Shown piece after piece: positions 1 through 7,959 of a DNA stretch of 37,181 nt (positions are counted from its first letter, which is position 1; each line of letters starts with the position of its first letter). Both the position numbers and the translations under genes were made by a program. The stretch is from a virus (Duplodnaviria > Caudoviricetes). The DNA lies in IMG/VR virus record IMGVR_UViG_3300037756_000102, positions 1-37,181 of that record; one strand, written 5' to 3'. A model generated the notes under the pieces. The model did not search any database. It had not been told where the DNA came from and was given only the letters and a program-made list of their open reading frames with translations.

Positions 1-8
1 CGTCCGGG

Positions 9-60
9 TTGACAGCTGTCCTTGTCTCTGGTTTACTTAAATCCATACCGAGGGAGGAAC
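9..60 (+). promoter_or_regulatory. Conserved promoter/RBS cassette, copy 1
   Basis: TTGACA(9-14)-N17-TTTACT within TGGTTTACTTAAATC, then GGAGGAAC RBS before ATG 62; same layout at 4250, 4688, 7377 and 17578. Confidence 0.75.
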
Positions 61-61
61 G

Positions 62-1009
62 ATGAAGACCCAGAAGCCCAAGACAAAGACCATTCACCGG
101 ACCGTGATGGTCCCCGTGACCGTGGACGGTGAGACACGCGTTGTCCCGGAGACACAGAAGTTTGAGGTACCCGTCCCGCCGCTGTCCCTGGACAGAATTG
201 TCCGGCGTGTCATGACCGGCCTGGCACTGGCCGTGGTGACCGGCGCCATCGTCTGGTCAACCGTCGCCATCTCGGAACTGCTGGCCGCCACCGCCCCGTA
301 CTGGGTCGCGCTGCTGATCGCGGGTGTGTTCGATACCGCCTGGGTGGTCTCCCTCATGGCTCAGTGGCTGGCCCGCAACACACCTCGTCCCGCCCGCGAG
401 ATGGGCGGCCGACAGCTCCGGCTGCCCACGCTGGCGCAGGTTTTCGGGTGGGCTGCTCTGGGGCTGTCCATGGCACTCATCACCCTGCACGGGCATGTTG
501 AGGGCGACATCCGGGTGGGTATCGCGGGGGCCGCTGTCTCCGCTGTCGCCAAGGGCCTGGTCACCGTGGTGCTGCACAGCTCCCGTATCAAGCTGGACGA
601 ACGGCACATGGGGTGGGTGGCCGAGAAGATGCAGGACGCCAACGCTGTCATGGTCGTGACCCGGGCGCAGGAAGAGGCAGACAGGACACTGTCCCGTGCT
701 CAGGATGTCCGTCTGTCCCTCGGACTGGACATCCCGTCTGTCCTGACTGTCCCGGACAAGGACAGCGGGACAGACGGACCGGACAAGACACCCCCTGGAC
801 AGGACCGGAAGGCACTGCCCCCGGGACGTCACGACGATCTGTCCGGGCAGCGCAACCGGTCCCAGTACGCCCGGGAACTTGCGGCCCGGGGAATGGGGCG
901 GGACGCGATGCTGGCCGAGATGACCCGGGAGTTTCCCACCGACGCTCGCGCCAACCTGGTGAAAGCGGTCAACCGGGCGATCACCCGGGCGAACCGGGAT
1001 GTGGCCTGA
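62..1009 (+). CDS. Spd-like (plasmid spread/transfer accessory) membrane protein
   Basis: About four hydrophobic segments, then coiled coil, low-complexity linker and helical C-terminus; RBS; upstream of a TraB-like ATPase. Confidence 0.55.
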   Translation: MKTQKPKTKTIHRTVMVPVTVDGETRVVPETQKFEVPVPPLSLDRIVRRVMTGLALAVVTGAIVWSTVAISELLAATAPYWVALLIAGVFDTAWVVSLMAQWLARNTPRPAREMGGRQLRLPTLAQVFGWAALGLSMALITLHGHVEGDIRVGIAGAAVSAVAKGLVTVVLHSSRIKLDERHMGWVAEKMQDANAVMVVTRAQEEADRTLSRAQDVRLSLGLDIPSVLTVPDKDSGTDGPDKTPPGQDRKALPPGRHDDLSGQRNRSQYARELAARGMGRDAMLAEMTREFPTDARANLVKAVNRAITRANRDVA

Positions 1010-1089
1010 CGGTTGCCTGAGCGGCCCGCACGCCGGGCCGCGAAGGGGAGTCTTCAGACCGGCTGGGGACCAGGAGAGGGAGGAACGGC

Positions 1090-1395
1090 ATGCGGTACGG
1101 CAGAGAGGCCCGGAAATGGGCCAGGACCGTGAAGCACGGCAGCACCTACTACGCCATCGCGGAGATGAGCCCGGGGTGGCCCGGGCCCGAACGGAGGTAC
1201 CTCTCCGAGCACACGTTCGACCGTCGCAGCCCTGTCGACGGAGCCCCCATGTGCGGTCATATGGACGCACTCCAGGTGTACGCCACCACGGGGAAGCTGT
1301 ACGAGGACCGGAGCCACCCGGACATCAAGGGTCTGATGACGTACCGCGAACTGTCCAAGGCTGCCGAGCGGTCCCACATCAGGGACTGGTCATGA
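1090..1395 (+). CDS. hypothetical protein
   Basis: GGAGGAAC RBS, GC3-rich frame, ATGA overlap with the next gene. Confidence 0.7.
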   Translation: MRYGREARKWARTVKHGSTYYAIAEMSPGWPGPERRYLSEHTFDRRSPVDGAPMCGHMDALQVYATTGKLYEDRSHPDIKGLMTYRELSKAAERSHIRDWS

Positions 1396-1553
1396 GTGCT
1401 TCCAGTGCGCTGACCCCGCAGCGGTGTGAGGAGCTGCTGCGGGCCCTGTCCCAGACAGCTCAGCGGGCCGCTGCACGTGGTGACCAGGCGACCTACCGGG
1501 GCGCCCATCAGGAGATGGACAAGCTGCTTGCCCTGAGGGAGGCACGACGGTGA
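1392..1553 (+). CDS. small hypothetical protein (MSASSALTPQRCEELL...)
   Basis: 4-bp start/stop overlaps with both neighbours; helical sequence. Confidence 0.55.
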   Translation: MSASSALTPQRCEELLRALSQTAQRAAARGDQATYRGAHQEMDKLLALREARR

Positions 1554-2065
1554 ACACGAACACCCGCACCGAGCCCAACACGCTGGTCGCGGAGATCGAA
1601 TTCTGGCTTCGGCACCGCACCGCACACCCCCTGGTCAGCACCCCCACTGCCGAGCTGGTCTCGCAGGCACTCCAGAACGTGCCGGCTCCCGCGCTGAGTG
1701 CCCCGTCACGGGCCTGGAAGTGGTTGCCGGACCGGACGCTGCGGCGCCTGGGGAAGACACGTTCACAGCGGCACGTGAGCGACCGGGAACTGATCGGGCT
1801 GGCCGCCATGGTGCTGGAGAAGTACGGGTGGACCGGAGCCGGGAAGACGCGTACCCGGTCCGGGTGCCGATGTATCGCGGGAGCCTTCCGGCTGCTGGTG
1901 GATCTCGGTTATGGGGACATGGACACCGTGCGGGCGGCCGGGGAGCGCCTGGACGCCGCTCTGAGGGCCTCCGGGCAGCGGGGCCCGTACTACGAATGGA
2001 ACGACCGACCCGGGCGCTCCCCGGCTCAGGTGAAGGAACTTCTGGGGGCAGCTCAGAGGAGGTGA
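1550..2065 (+). CDS. hypothetical protein (DUF6197-like, GW...C..GA...WND motif)
   Basis: RBS GGAGG, GTGA overlap; LEKYGW, CIAGA and EWND motifs recalled from Streptomyces mobile-element proteins. Confidence 0.55.
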   Translation: MNTNTRTEPNTLVAEIEFWLRHRTAHPLVSTPTAELVSQALQNVPAPALSAPSRAWKWLPDRTLRRLGKTRSQRHVSDRELIGLAAMVLEKYGWTGAGKTRTRSGCRCIAGAFRLLVDLGYGDMDTVRAAGERLDAALRASGQRGPYYEWNDRPGRSPAQVKELLGAAQRR

Positions 2066-2159
2066 ACAGTGTGCCGGAGGATCAAAGAGAAAGGATGATG
2101 AAAGCGCTTCGCGAGAAGAACGAACGGAGCAGCGGCAGGGGCCGCTGACCACTCCCCCT

Positions 2160-2192
2160 GAACCCCTGCGGTGTTCACCGCAGGGGTTCTTT
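2160..2192 (+). terminator. intrinsic terminator
   Basis: 14-bp perfect stem GAACCCCTGCGGTG/CACCGCAGGGGTTC followed by TTT. Confidence 0.75.
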
Positions 2193-2195
2193 CCG

Positions 2196-2210
2196 TGTAC
2201 AATTCGTACA
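2196..2210 (+). promoter_or_regulatory. leaderless promoter with YefM-type operator
   Basis: TACAAT -10 hexamer 6 nt before ATG 2210, overlapped by TGTACA and CGTACA. Confidence 0.5.
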
Positions 2211-2389
2211 TGCAGATATCTGTTTCGGAAGCCCGGCAGAACCTGGCCGAACTGGTGGACCGGGTGAAGTGCTCCGGGCTTTCCGTGACACTCACCCGCC
2301 ACGGAAAGCCCGTGGCCGTTCTCGGGCCGGTGGAGGAAGACAATGACGAAGGAAGAAGCGATCCGCGAAGCGGCGAAGGAATTCGATGA
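2210..2389 (+). CDS. Phd/YefM-family antitoxin-like DNA-binding protein
   Basis: MQISVSEARQNLAELVDRV...VTLTRHGKPVAVL matches the Phd/YefM N-terminal signature. Confidence 0.8.
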   Translation: MQISVSEARQNLAELVDRVKCSGLSVTLTRHGKPVAVLGPVEEDNDEGRSDPRSGEGIR

Positions 2390-2474
2390 CGAACCGCTCC
2401 GGGAACTCGCGGCCATGGCCGAAGCAATCCGGCTTGGAGCAAGCCTCGAGGAAATCGCGGCGGCCGGAGACTGA
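2343..2474 (+). CDS. 43-aa acidic helical peptide (MTKEEAIREAAKEF...)
   Basis: Read by hand; strong GGAGG RBS; overlaps the 3' end of the Phd-like gene. Confidence 0.45.
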   Translation: MTKEEAIREAAKEFDDEPLRELAAMAEAIRLGASLEEIAAAGD

Positions 2475-2574
2475 GGCGTTGCCGGGTTGCCGTTGCCAGG
2501 CACACCCCGCCCCCTTGACGTGCGCACACGGGCCGCACGCAACACGCAACAGCAACAGGACGGAGGGACACACC

Positions 2575-4260
2575 ATGGACGTCATCGGGGCTCTGGGATC
2601 GGGCGGCATGCTGGTACTGGTTGTGCTGGCCTCCGTTCTGCTGCTCAAGAACGACAAGGTGCGGAAGGCGGCCAAAGTCAGAGCTCGAGAGATTGCCCGC
2701 AGGCTGTGGACCGCTTACCGCCGCTGGCACAAGCGCGTCGGGTACCGTGCCGCCGCACCGGGCGACGGGTGCGCGGCTCTTTCCGCCGGGGTTTTCGTGT
2801 CGGGGTTTCCGGTGCTGTCCGCCGGGGGAATTCTTCTGGCCGCCGCTCTGTGGACTCGGGCCACCAGGAAAAACGGAAAAGCCCGGGGGCCGGTAAAGAC
2901 CCTGAAGCCCACCCGCGAAGAGAAGCGGCTGATGGGTGCGCTCTCCCGGTGGGAATCCATCGCCCCCGCGCGCGGGCTGGAGCTGGTCACGGTGACCGGC
3001 ACCGAGCTGACCAAAGCGGGAATCGTAGCTGACCTGGACCTCGGCAGGGGCTGGTCCGTGCCGGAGCTGAACAAACGCACCGAGGACGTAGGGGCGCTGT
3101 TGGCCGCGCTCGATGACATGCCGATGGAGATCGGTCCGGGCGGGCGGAAGGGCAAAGCCAAGCTGGCCCTGCGCACCCGCTCCGCCACAGACGGGATCGA
3201 TATGGGCTGGACCCCGGACTGTACGGGCCTGGGGCTCGACACCGTGACCGGGGAGGAAGTCGTTCTGGGGTGGCGGGACCGGGTCCTGGTGGCCGGCACG
3301 TCGGGCGCCGGTAAGTCGGTTTTCCTGCGCCCGCTGCTGGCCGATGTGCTGGCCCTGGACTGGGCTCATGTGGTGTACATCGACATGAAAATGGTCGAAG
3401 GCGCCCTGTGGGAGCCGCTGGGGGCCACGGTCGCGTACACCACGGAAGACGTGGAAGCCGTGGTGACAGGCCTGGTGGCGGAGATGAACTACCGGCTGGC
3501 CGACATCAAGGGGAAGTCAGCCAAGTGGACGCCGACCCCGGCGCATCCCGAGACGCTGGTCATCGTGGATGAGGGCGCTGAAGTGATGCTCCGTACCAAG
3601 CTGGGGCTGGCCGGGCTGGAGACCCTGGCGCGGATGGCGCGCGCAGCCGGTATCCATCTCTGGTGGTGCACGCAGAAGCCCACCATGTCCGGTCCGGGCG
3701 CGGGTATCCCCCCGCAGATCGCCGCACAGATGAATGTCCAGGTCTGCCTGAAAGTCCGTACCCCCTCGGAGGCGCGGACCGTGCTAGGGGAGGACGCGAC
3801 GGCTCTGGGCTGGCACGCCAACCTCCTGCCGGCCCCGGGACACGCGCTGATCCGGGGGACCGGACGCGGACCGGTCGCGGTCAAGGGGTGGCACATGGAG
3901 GACGGACAGATTCAGTCTGTCCCGTCTGTCCACAAGGACTGTCCTCCGGTCTTGTCTGCCTCTGCGGACAGTCCGGTGTCTGTGTCCGGTGTCCCGGACG
4001 ACTTGTCCGCGTGGCTTGTCCGTCCCCGGGACACGGTGTCCCTGGACAAGAAGGACCTGGACTGGGAGCCGCTGTCCGTCGCGGACTGTGTCCTGTCGGT
4101 CCTGTGGACATCGGACGGTCCGCTGGGGGTGCGGGACATCGCCCGGGAGTGCGGAAAGAATCCGGGGACGGTGTCCCGGACACTGCGACAGCTTCAGGAC
4201 AGCGGGAAGACTGTCCTGGACGAGGCGGGAAAGTGGTCCGCTCCCCGGGTTGACGCCTGA
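2575..4260 (+). CDS. traB: TraB-like FtsK/SpoIIIE conjugative DNA translocase
   Basis: N-terminal TM helices, Walker A GTSGAGKS, Walker B LVIVDE, LARMARAAGIHL..TQKP motif, C-terminal wHTH; RBS GGAGGG before ATG 2575. Confidence 0.85.
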   Translation: MDVIGALGSGGMLVLVVLASVLLLKNDKVRKAAKVRAREIARRLWTAYRRWHKRVGYRAAAPGDGCAALSAGVFVSGFPVLSAGGILLAAALWTRATRKNGKARGPVKTLKPTREEKRLMGALSRWESIAPARGLELVTVTGTELTKAGIVADLDLGRGWSVPELNKRTEDVGALLAALDDMPMEIGPGGRKGKAKLALRTRSATDGIDMGWTPDCTGLGLDTVTGEEVVLGWRDRVLVAGTSGAGKSVFLRPLLADVLALDWAHVVYIDMKMVEGALWEPLGATVAYTTEDVEAVVTGLVAEMNYRLADIKGKSAKWTPTPAHPETLVIVDEGAEVMLRTKLGLAGLETLARMARAAGIHLWWCTQKPTMSGPGAGIPPQIAAQMNVQVCLKVRTPSEARTVLGEDATALGWHANLLPAPGHALIRGTGRGPVAVKGWHMEDGQIQSVPSVHKDCPPVLSASADSPVSVSGVPDDLSAWLVRPRDTVSLDKKDLDWEPLSVADCVLSVLWTSDGPLGVRDIARECGKNPGTVSRTLRQLQDSGKTVLDEAGKWSAPRVDA

Positions 4261-4308
4261 ATCTGTCTATGGTTTACTTAAATCAATCAGCCACACAGAC
4301 GGAGGAAC
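4250..4308 (+). promoter_or_regulatory. Conserved promoter/RBS cassette, copy 2
   Basis: TTGACG-N17-TTTACT; TGGTTTACTTAAATC; CAGACGGAGGAAC. Confidence 0.75.
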
Positions 4309-4313
4309 AGACC

Positions 4314-4649
4314 ATGGAGCTGACCAATGAGTCCGACAAGTGCAGGATCGTCCGCAGTGTCACTGTGGCTGACGGTCCTGCACTCCCCCGCCCATACAGC
4401 TCGGCTGGCAAGCTGTTCCGTGTCGAGAACATCACCGTTCACTACGTTCTCGATGAGGATTTCTGGACTGCACACCGCTGGGCCATCGCTGTTCGCGGGC
4501 CGGAACTGAAGAAAGACGGATCGGACAGCAAGAACGTCTACGACGGCGTTCCCCCGTCCCGCTGGGACAAGGACCCGCAGTGGGGCTTTCTTCGGTCCGT
4601 CATCGACGCGCTTCGCCCCACCGGCACAGTTGGACTGCCCACTGTCTGA
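4314..4649 (+). CDS. hypothetical protein
   Basis: ATG after cassette RBS; followed by a terminator. Confidence 0.7.
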   Translation: MELTNESDKCRIVRSVTVADGPALPRPYSSAGKLFRVENITVHYVLDEDFWTAHRWAIAVRGPELKKDGSDSKNVYDGVPPSRWDKDPQWGFLRSVIDALRPTGTVGLPTV

Positions 4650-4657
4650 TCCACCCA

Positions 4658-4748
4658 CAACCCCCGGAACCGAGACCGGTCCGGGGGTTGTGTCGTTCCC
4701 CGGTTTATGGTTTACTTAAATCAGATCGAGGAACACAGACGGAGGAAC
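4658..4748 (+). promoter_or_regulatory. Terminator hairpin fused to promoter/RBS cassette, copy 3
   Basis: CAACCCCCGGA..TCCGGGGGTTG hairpin whose 3' arm supplies the -35 TTG; near-identical to 7350-7434. Confidence 0.75.
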
Positions 4749-4751
4749 AGA

Positions 4752-5033
4752 ATGCGTAAAGCCCACGGAACCCGCACCCGGACCGATCTGGACTGGGCCC
4801 TGATCATGCAGCGTCCCGTCACCGTCTCCTACGTCCGGGCGGATGGAGCGGAGACCGTACGGACCATCGAGCTGTACGACATCCGCGAGACCAAGGCGGG
4901 CAACATCATCGCCAAGGCCATGGACCGCGAGACCGGCCAGGCCCGTACCTGGCGCCTGGACCGCATCACCCACTACACCCTGCACCGTGGCCGGTACACC
5001 GTGCCGCGCCCCGTGAAAGAGAACGCCCGATGA
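4752..5033 (+). CDS. stand-alone WYL-domain protein
   Basis: VTVSY..ADG.ETVRTIE.Y...A.DRETG..RTWRLDRI is the WYL signature; no HTH. Confidence 0.8.
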   Translation: MRKAHGTRTRTDLDWALIMQRPVTVSYVRADGAETVRTIELYDIRETKAGNIIAKAMDRETGQARTWRLDRITHYTLHRGRYTVPRPVKENAR

Positions 5034-6307
5034 AGATCGAAACCCTGACCGCCGAACAGACCGCCGCGCTGGCCACAGTCCGTGAAGAGTGGCTGGCCCA
5101 TGGCCTCGCGACCGGACCGGCAGACCGGGTCGAAGCCGAAGCGGGGGTGGCTGACGCCTACCGCGCAGCCGGACTGGAACCCCCGAGCATCATGATATGG
5201 CTGGACTCGCCCATGGCCGGGGCTATCGCGGCCGGGGCTATCGCGGCCGGGATACTCAGCACCGGCCGGACTCAGGTCCGGGATCAGGTCTGGAATCAGG
5301 TCCTGGGTCAGGTCGGGAATCAGGTCCGGGATCAGGTCGGGAATCAGGTCCGGGATCAGGTCCGGGATCAGGTCGGGAATCAGGTCTGGAATCAGGTCCT
5401 GGGTCAGGTCCGGGATCAGGTCCGGGATCAGGTCGGGAATCAGGTCCGGACTCAGGTCTGGGCTCAGGTCTGGGATCAGGTCTGGGATCAGGTCCGGGAT
5501 CAGGTCCGGACTCAGGTCGGGGCTCAGGTCTGTGATCCGGTCTGGGCTCAGGTCTGGGCTCAGGTCGGGGCTCAGGTCGAGGATCCGGTCCGGATTCAGG
5601 TCCGGACTCAGGTCCGGGATCAGATCCTGGGTCAGATCCTGGGTCAGGTCTACCGGGCCGCATACGGGCAGCACGACGCCGGATGGCTCGCGTTCTACGA
5701 TTATTTCCGCGCCCACTGCACCGTTCCGGAAACCGAGCGGCTGTCCGGATTGATACGTGTCGCGCGGTCCGCCGGCTGGTGGTGGCCTTTCGAAAGCGCC
5801 GTCATTCTTACCGAACGCCCCACCGTGCTGCACCGCGACGGGCAGGCCCGGCTGCACTGCCCGGACGGCCCCGCCATCGCCTACCCGGACGGCTGGTCCA
5901 TCTGGTTCTGGCATGGCGTTCGGGTTCCTCAGGACCTTATTGAAAAGGGCTGGGACACCGCGACCATCCTCGCCGAACGCAACGCAGAGGTACGGCGCTG
6001 CGCCATCGAACGCCTGGGCTGGGACACCTTCATCCGGGAATCCGGTCTGGCTCTGGTCGCCTCCGCTCCGGACCCCGGCAACGCCCCACATGAGCTGGAA
6101 CTGTACGACCTACCCGAGGAACTGGCCGACCTATACGACGAGCCCGCTCGTATCCTTCTGGCCGTCAACGGCACCGCTGAACACGACGGTACCCGGCACC
6201 GCTTCGGCCTGCCGGTGCCCGCGCACCACACCGACCCCATCGGGGCAGCGGCATCACTCTATGGATGGACCCGCGAGCAGTACGCAGCGATGGAGGTACG
6301 CCGGTGA
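5030..6307 (+). CDS. DUF6745-like protein with QVxx tetrapeptide repeats
   Basis: GQHDAGWL, GWWWPF, RLHCPDGPAI.YPDGW..W.WHGV and NAEVRR motifs; central repeat tract. Confidence 0.75.
   Translation: MKIETLTAEQTAALATVREEWLAHGLATGPADRVEAEAGVADAYRAAGLEPPSIMIWLDSPMAGAIAAGAIAAGILSTGRTQVRDQVWNQVLGQVGNQVRDQVGNQVRDQVRDQVGNQVWNQVLGQVRDQVRDQVGNQVRTQVWAQVWDQVWDQVRDQVRTQVGAQVCDPVWAQVWAQVGAQVEDPVRIQVRTQVRDQILGQILGQVYRAAYGQHDAGWLAFYDYFRAHCTVPETERLSGLIRVARSAGWWWPFESAVILTERPTVLHRDGQARLHCPDGPAIAYPDGWSIWFWHGVRVPQDLIEKGWDTATILAERNAEVRRCAIERLGWDTFIRESGLALVASAPDPGNAPHELELYDLPEELADLYDEPARILLAVNGTAEHDGTRHRFGLPVPAHHTDPIGAAASLYGWTREQYAAMEVRR
5273..5650 (+). repeat. 12-bp degenerate tandem repeat (CAGGTCCGGGAT consensus), about 31 units
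   Basis: Directly visible; encodes QVRD/QVWN/QVGN/QVWA units. Confidence 0.95.
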
Positions 6308-6864
6308 TATGCGCTCACGACGGGTGCGAACGCCCAACTAAGGCCCGCGGCCTCTGTCCGATGCACTATCACCGTTGGCAGCGGCACGCCGACCCGGGCG
6401 TCACCCGGAAGGCAGCCAACGGGACACCGCTCGCTGACCGGCTTCGCCGCTACTCCACCGAGAGGGAGTCCGGGTGTATCGAGTGGACCGGCGGGTTGAC
6501 CACATCTGGATACGGGTCAATGGGGGGACTGAAGGCCCATCGCGTCGCATGGGAACTCGCACACGGCCCCATTCCTGACGGACTGCTGGTCTGTCACCAC
6601 TGTGACAACCGCCGATGTGTGAATCCCGCACACATGTTCTTGGGAACCATCGCGGACAACAACGCGGACAAAAAGGCGAAGGGCCGGGCGGTCGCGCCAC
6701 GAGGGTCTGAGCAGGGGCGCTCAAAGCTGACCGAGAGCGACATCCCACATCTACTGTCCCGGCTGGCCCGAGGTGAACGCCAAGTCGATGTGGGCCGCCA
6801 CTTCGGGGTGTCGCAAGCGGTCGTCTCGGCCATCAAGCGCGGCGCCCTCTGGAAACACGTCTGA
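6304..6864 (+). CDS. free-standing HNH endonuclease with N-terminal Zn finger and C-terminal HTH
   Basis: C..GC..RGLC.MHY; AHRVAW..VCHHCDNRRCVNPAH; GTGA overlap suggests start at 6304. Confidence 0.85.
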   Translation: MICAHDGCERPTKARGLCPMHYHRWQRHADPGVTRKAANGTPLADRLRRYSTERESGCIEWTGGLTTSGYGSMGGLKAHRVAWELAHGPIPDGLLVCHHCDNRRCVNPAHMFLGTIADNNADKKAKGRAVAPRGSEQGRSKLTESDIPHLLSRLARGERQVDVGRHFGVSQAVVSAIKRGALWKHV

Positions 6865-6933
6865 CCCCACAGTCTTTCGCGCGCAGCCCTGCGGGCGGAT
6901 TCACTGCATCACCCAACCGAAAGAAGGAATCCC

Positions 6934-7338
6934 GTGGCAACTCTTGCCCAGACCGAGCAGCAGACCGGTGTCACCGTTTTCGACTGGCTGGCCCGTGAGG
7001 CCGAAGTTCCTGTTGTCACCCGGGCGGCCTGTCAGGGTGACGTCAGCATTCTGCGCGTCACTACCGGGCCCGCGACCACCACTCTGCCGAAGGCCGGTGC
7101 TGTGGTGGTGCGTGGCGAGGCCGGAGGCAACACCCACTCCCTGCACGGGGCCGGCTGCCTGTGGGGCGCGGCGGCCGGGCGCGGGGATGATCTGGTGCTC
7201 GGTACGCTGACCGTTCCCGAGGGGTGTGAGGCGGTCCTGGCGCATCCCGAGCATGGCTTCCTGGCCATCGCGCCCGGCACGTACCGGGTCGGCCGTCAGC
7301 GTGAGTTCGCTGGTGAGTGGCAGATGGTTGCCGACTGA
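6934..7338 (+). CDS. hypothetical protein (QGDV...HPEH...RQRE family, usual DUF6745 neighbour)
   Basis: QGDV, GNTHSL, HPEHG and GTYRVGRQRE motifs; RBS. Confidence 0.7.
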   Translation: MATLAQTEQQTGVTVFDWLAREAEVPVVTRAACQGDVSILRVTTGPATTTLPKAGAVVVRGEAGGNTHSLHGAGCLWGAAAGRGDDLVLGTLTVPEGCEAVLAHPEHGFLAIAPGTYRVGRQREFAGEWQMVAD

Positions 7339-7349
7339 CCAGCCCTTAG

Positions 7350-7434
7350 CAACCCCGGACCGAGACCGGTCTGGGGTTGCTTCGTTCTCCGGTTTATGGT
7401 TTACTTAAATCAACAAGGAGTACAGACGGAGGAA
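7350..7434 (+). promoter_or_regulatory. Terminator hairpin fused to promoter/RBS cassette, copy 4
   Basis: CAACCCCGGACCG..CGGTCTGGGGTTG hairpin; TTGCTT-N17-TTTACT; CAGACGGAGGAA. Confidence 0.75.
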
Positions 7435-7439
7435 ACCTG

Positions 7440-7844
7440 ATGGGATACCTGACCTCGGTCGGCGGAGAGATCCGCATCGACCCGCCCCTCACTTGGGGGG
7501 AGTTCCGCACCAGCCCGTTCTATGCCGATGACACCGATCACCAGAACGTCGCGCTGCACGTCGTCGAGAAGATCATCACCACCGATGACGGCGAGCTGAC
7601 GTGCCGCACCGCGACCGCGCTCGTGCCTCGATGGGAAGACGCCTTCAGGGCATACGACCTGGTCAAGCATGTGCAGGCCGCCATCGACGCCTTCCCCGGC
7701 CACGCCTTCACCGGACGCCTGGAGTGCGAAGGTGAGGAGACAGGCGACCTGTGGCGGGTCGTTGTCCGCGACGGCCGCGCCGTAAAGGTCACGCCGCGCA
7801 TCGTCTGGCCCGACGACCCAGAGCCCATCATCCGGGCAGCCTGA
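7440..7844 (+). CDS. hypothetical phage protein (DUF6205-like)
   Basis: MGY.T...GEI.I.PPL.W N-terminus and GEE..D.WR motif; cassette RBS. Confidence 0.6.
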   Translation: MGYLTSVGGEIRIDPPLTWGEFRTSPFYADDTDHQNVALHVVEKIITTDDGELTCRTATALVPRWEDAFRAYDLVKHVQAAIDAFPGHAFTGRLECEGEETGDLWRVVVRDGRAVKVTPRIVWPDDPEPIIRAA

Positions 7845-7957
7845 TGACCCGCACCGTCATGCGCCACCGGCAGGCGCCCACGCCGTGGGGCTGCCGCTGG
7901 TGCGGCACCCAGCAGAGTCACCACGGTACGCGGTGGGTATTTGAGGGAGGTAGCTGA
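7844..7957 (+). CDS. small Cys-containing peptide (GCRWCG)
   Basis: TGATG coupling to the upstream gene. Confidence 0.4.
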   Translation: MTRTVMRHRQAPTPWGCRWCGTQQSHHGTRWVFEGGS

Positions 7958-7959
7958 TC

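Noticed and set aside
2386-2574. N-terminal extension of TraB in the ORF track
   Set aside because: Strong RBS precedes ATG 2575; the extension overlaps another small ORF and looks non-coding
4269-4751. Two ORFs starting with the same peptide MVYLNQ (4269, 4707)
   Set aside because: Translation of the repeated promoter motif; real starts follow the RBS at 4314 and 4752
5273-5650. Possible CRISPR array
   Set aside because: Contiguous 12-bp coding repeats without unique spacers; no cas genes
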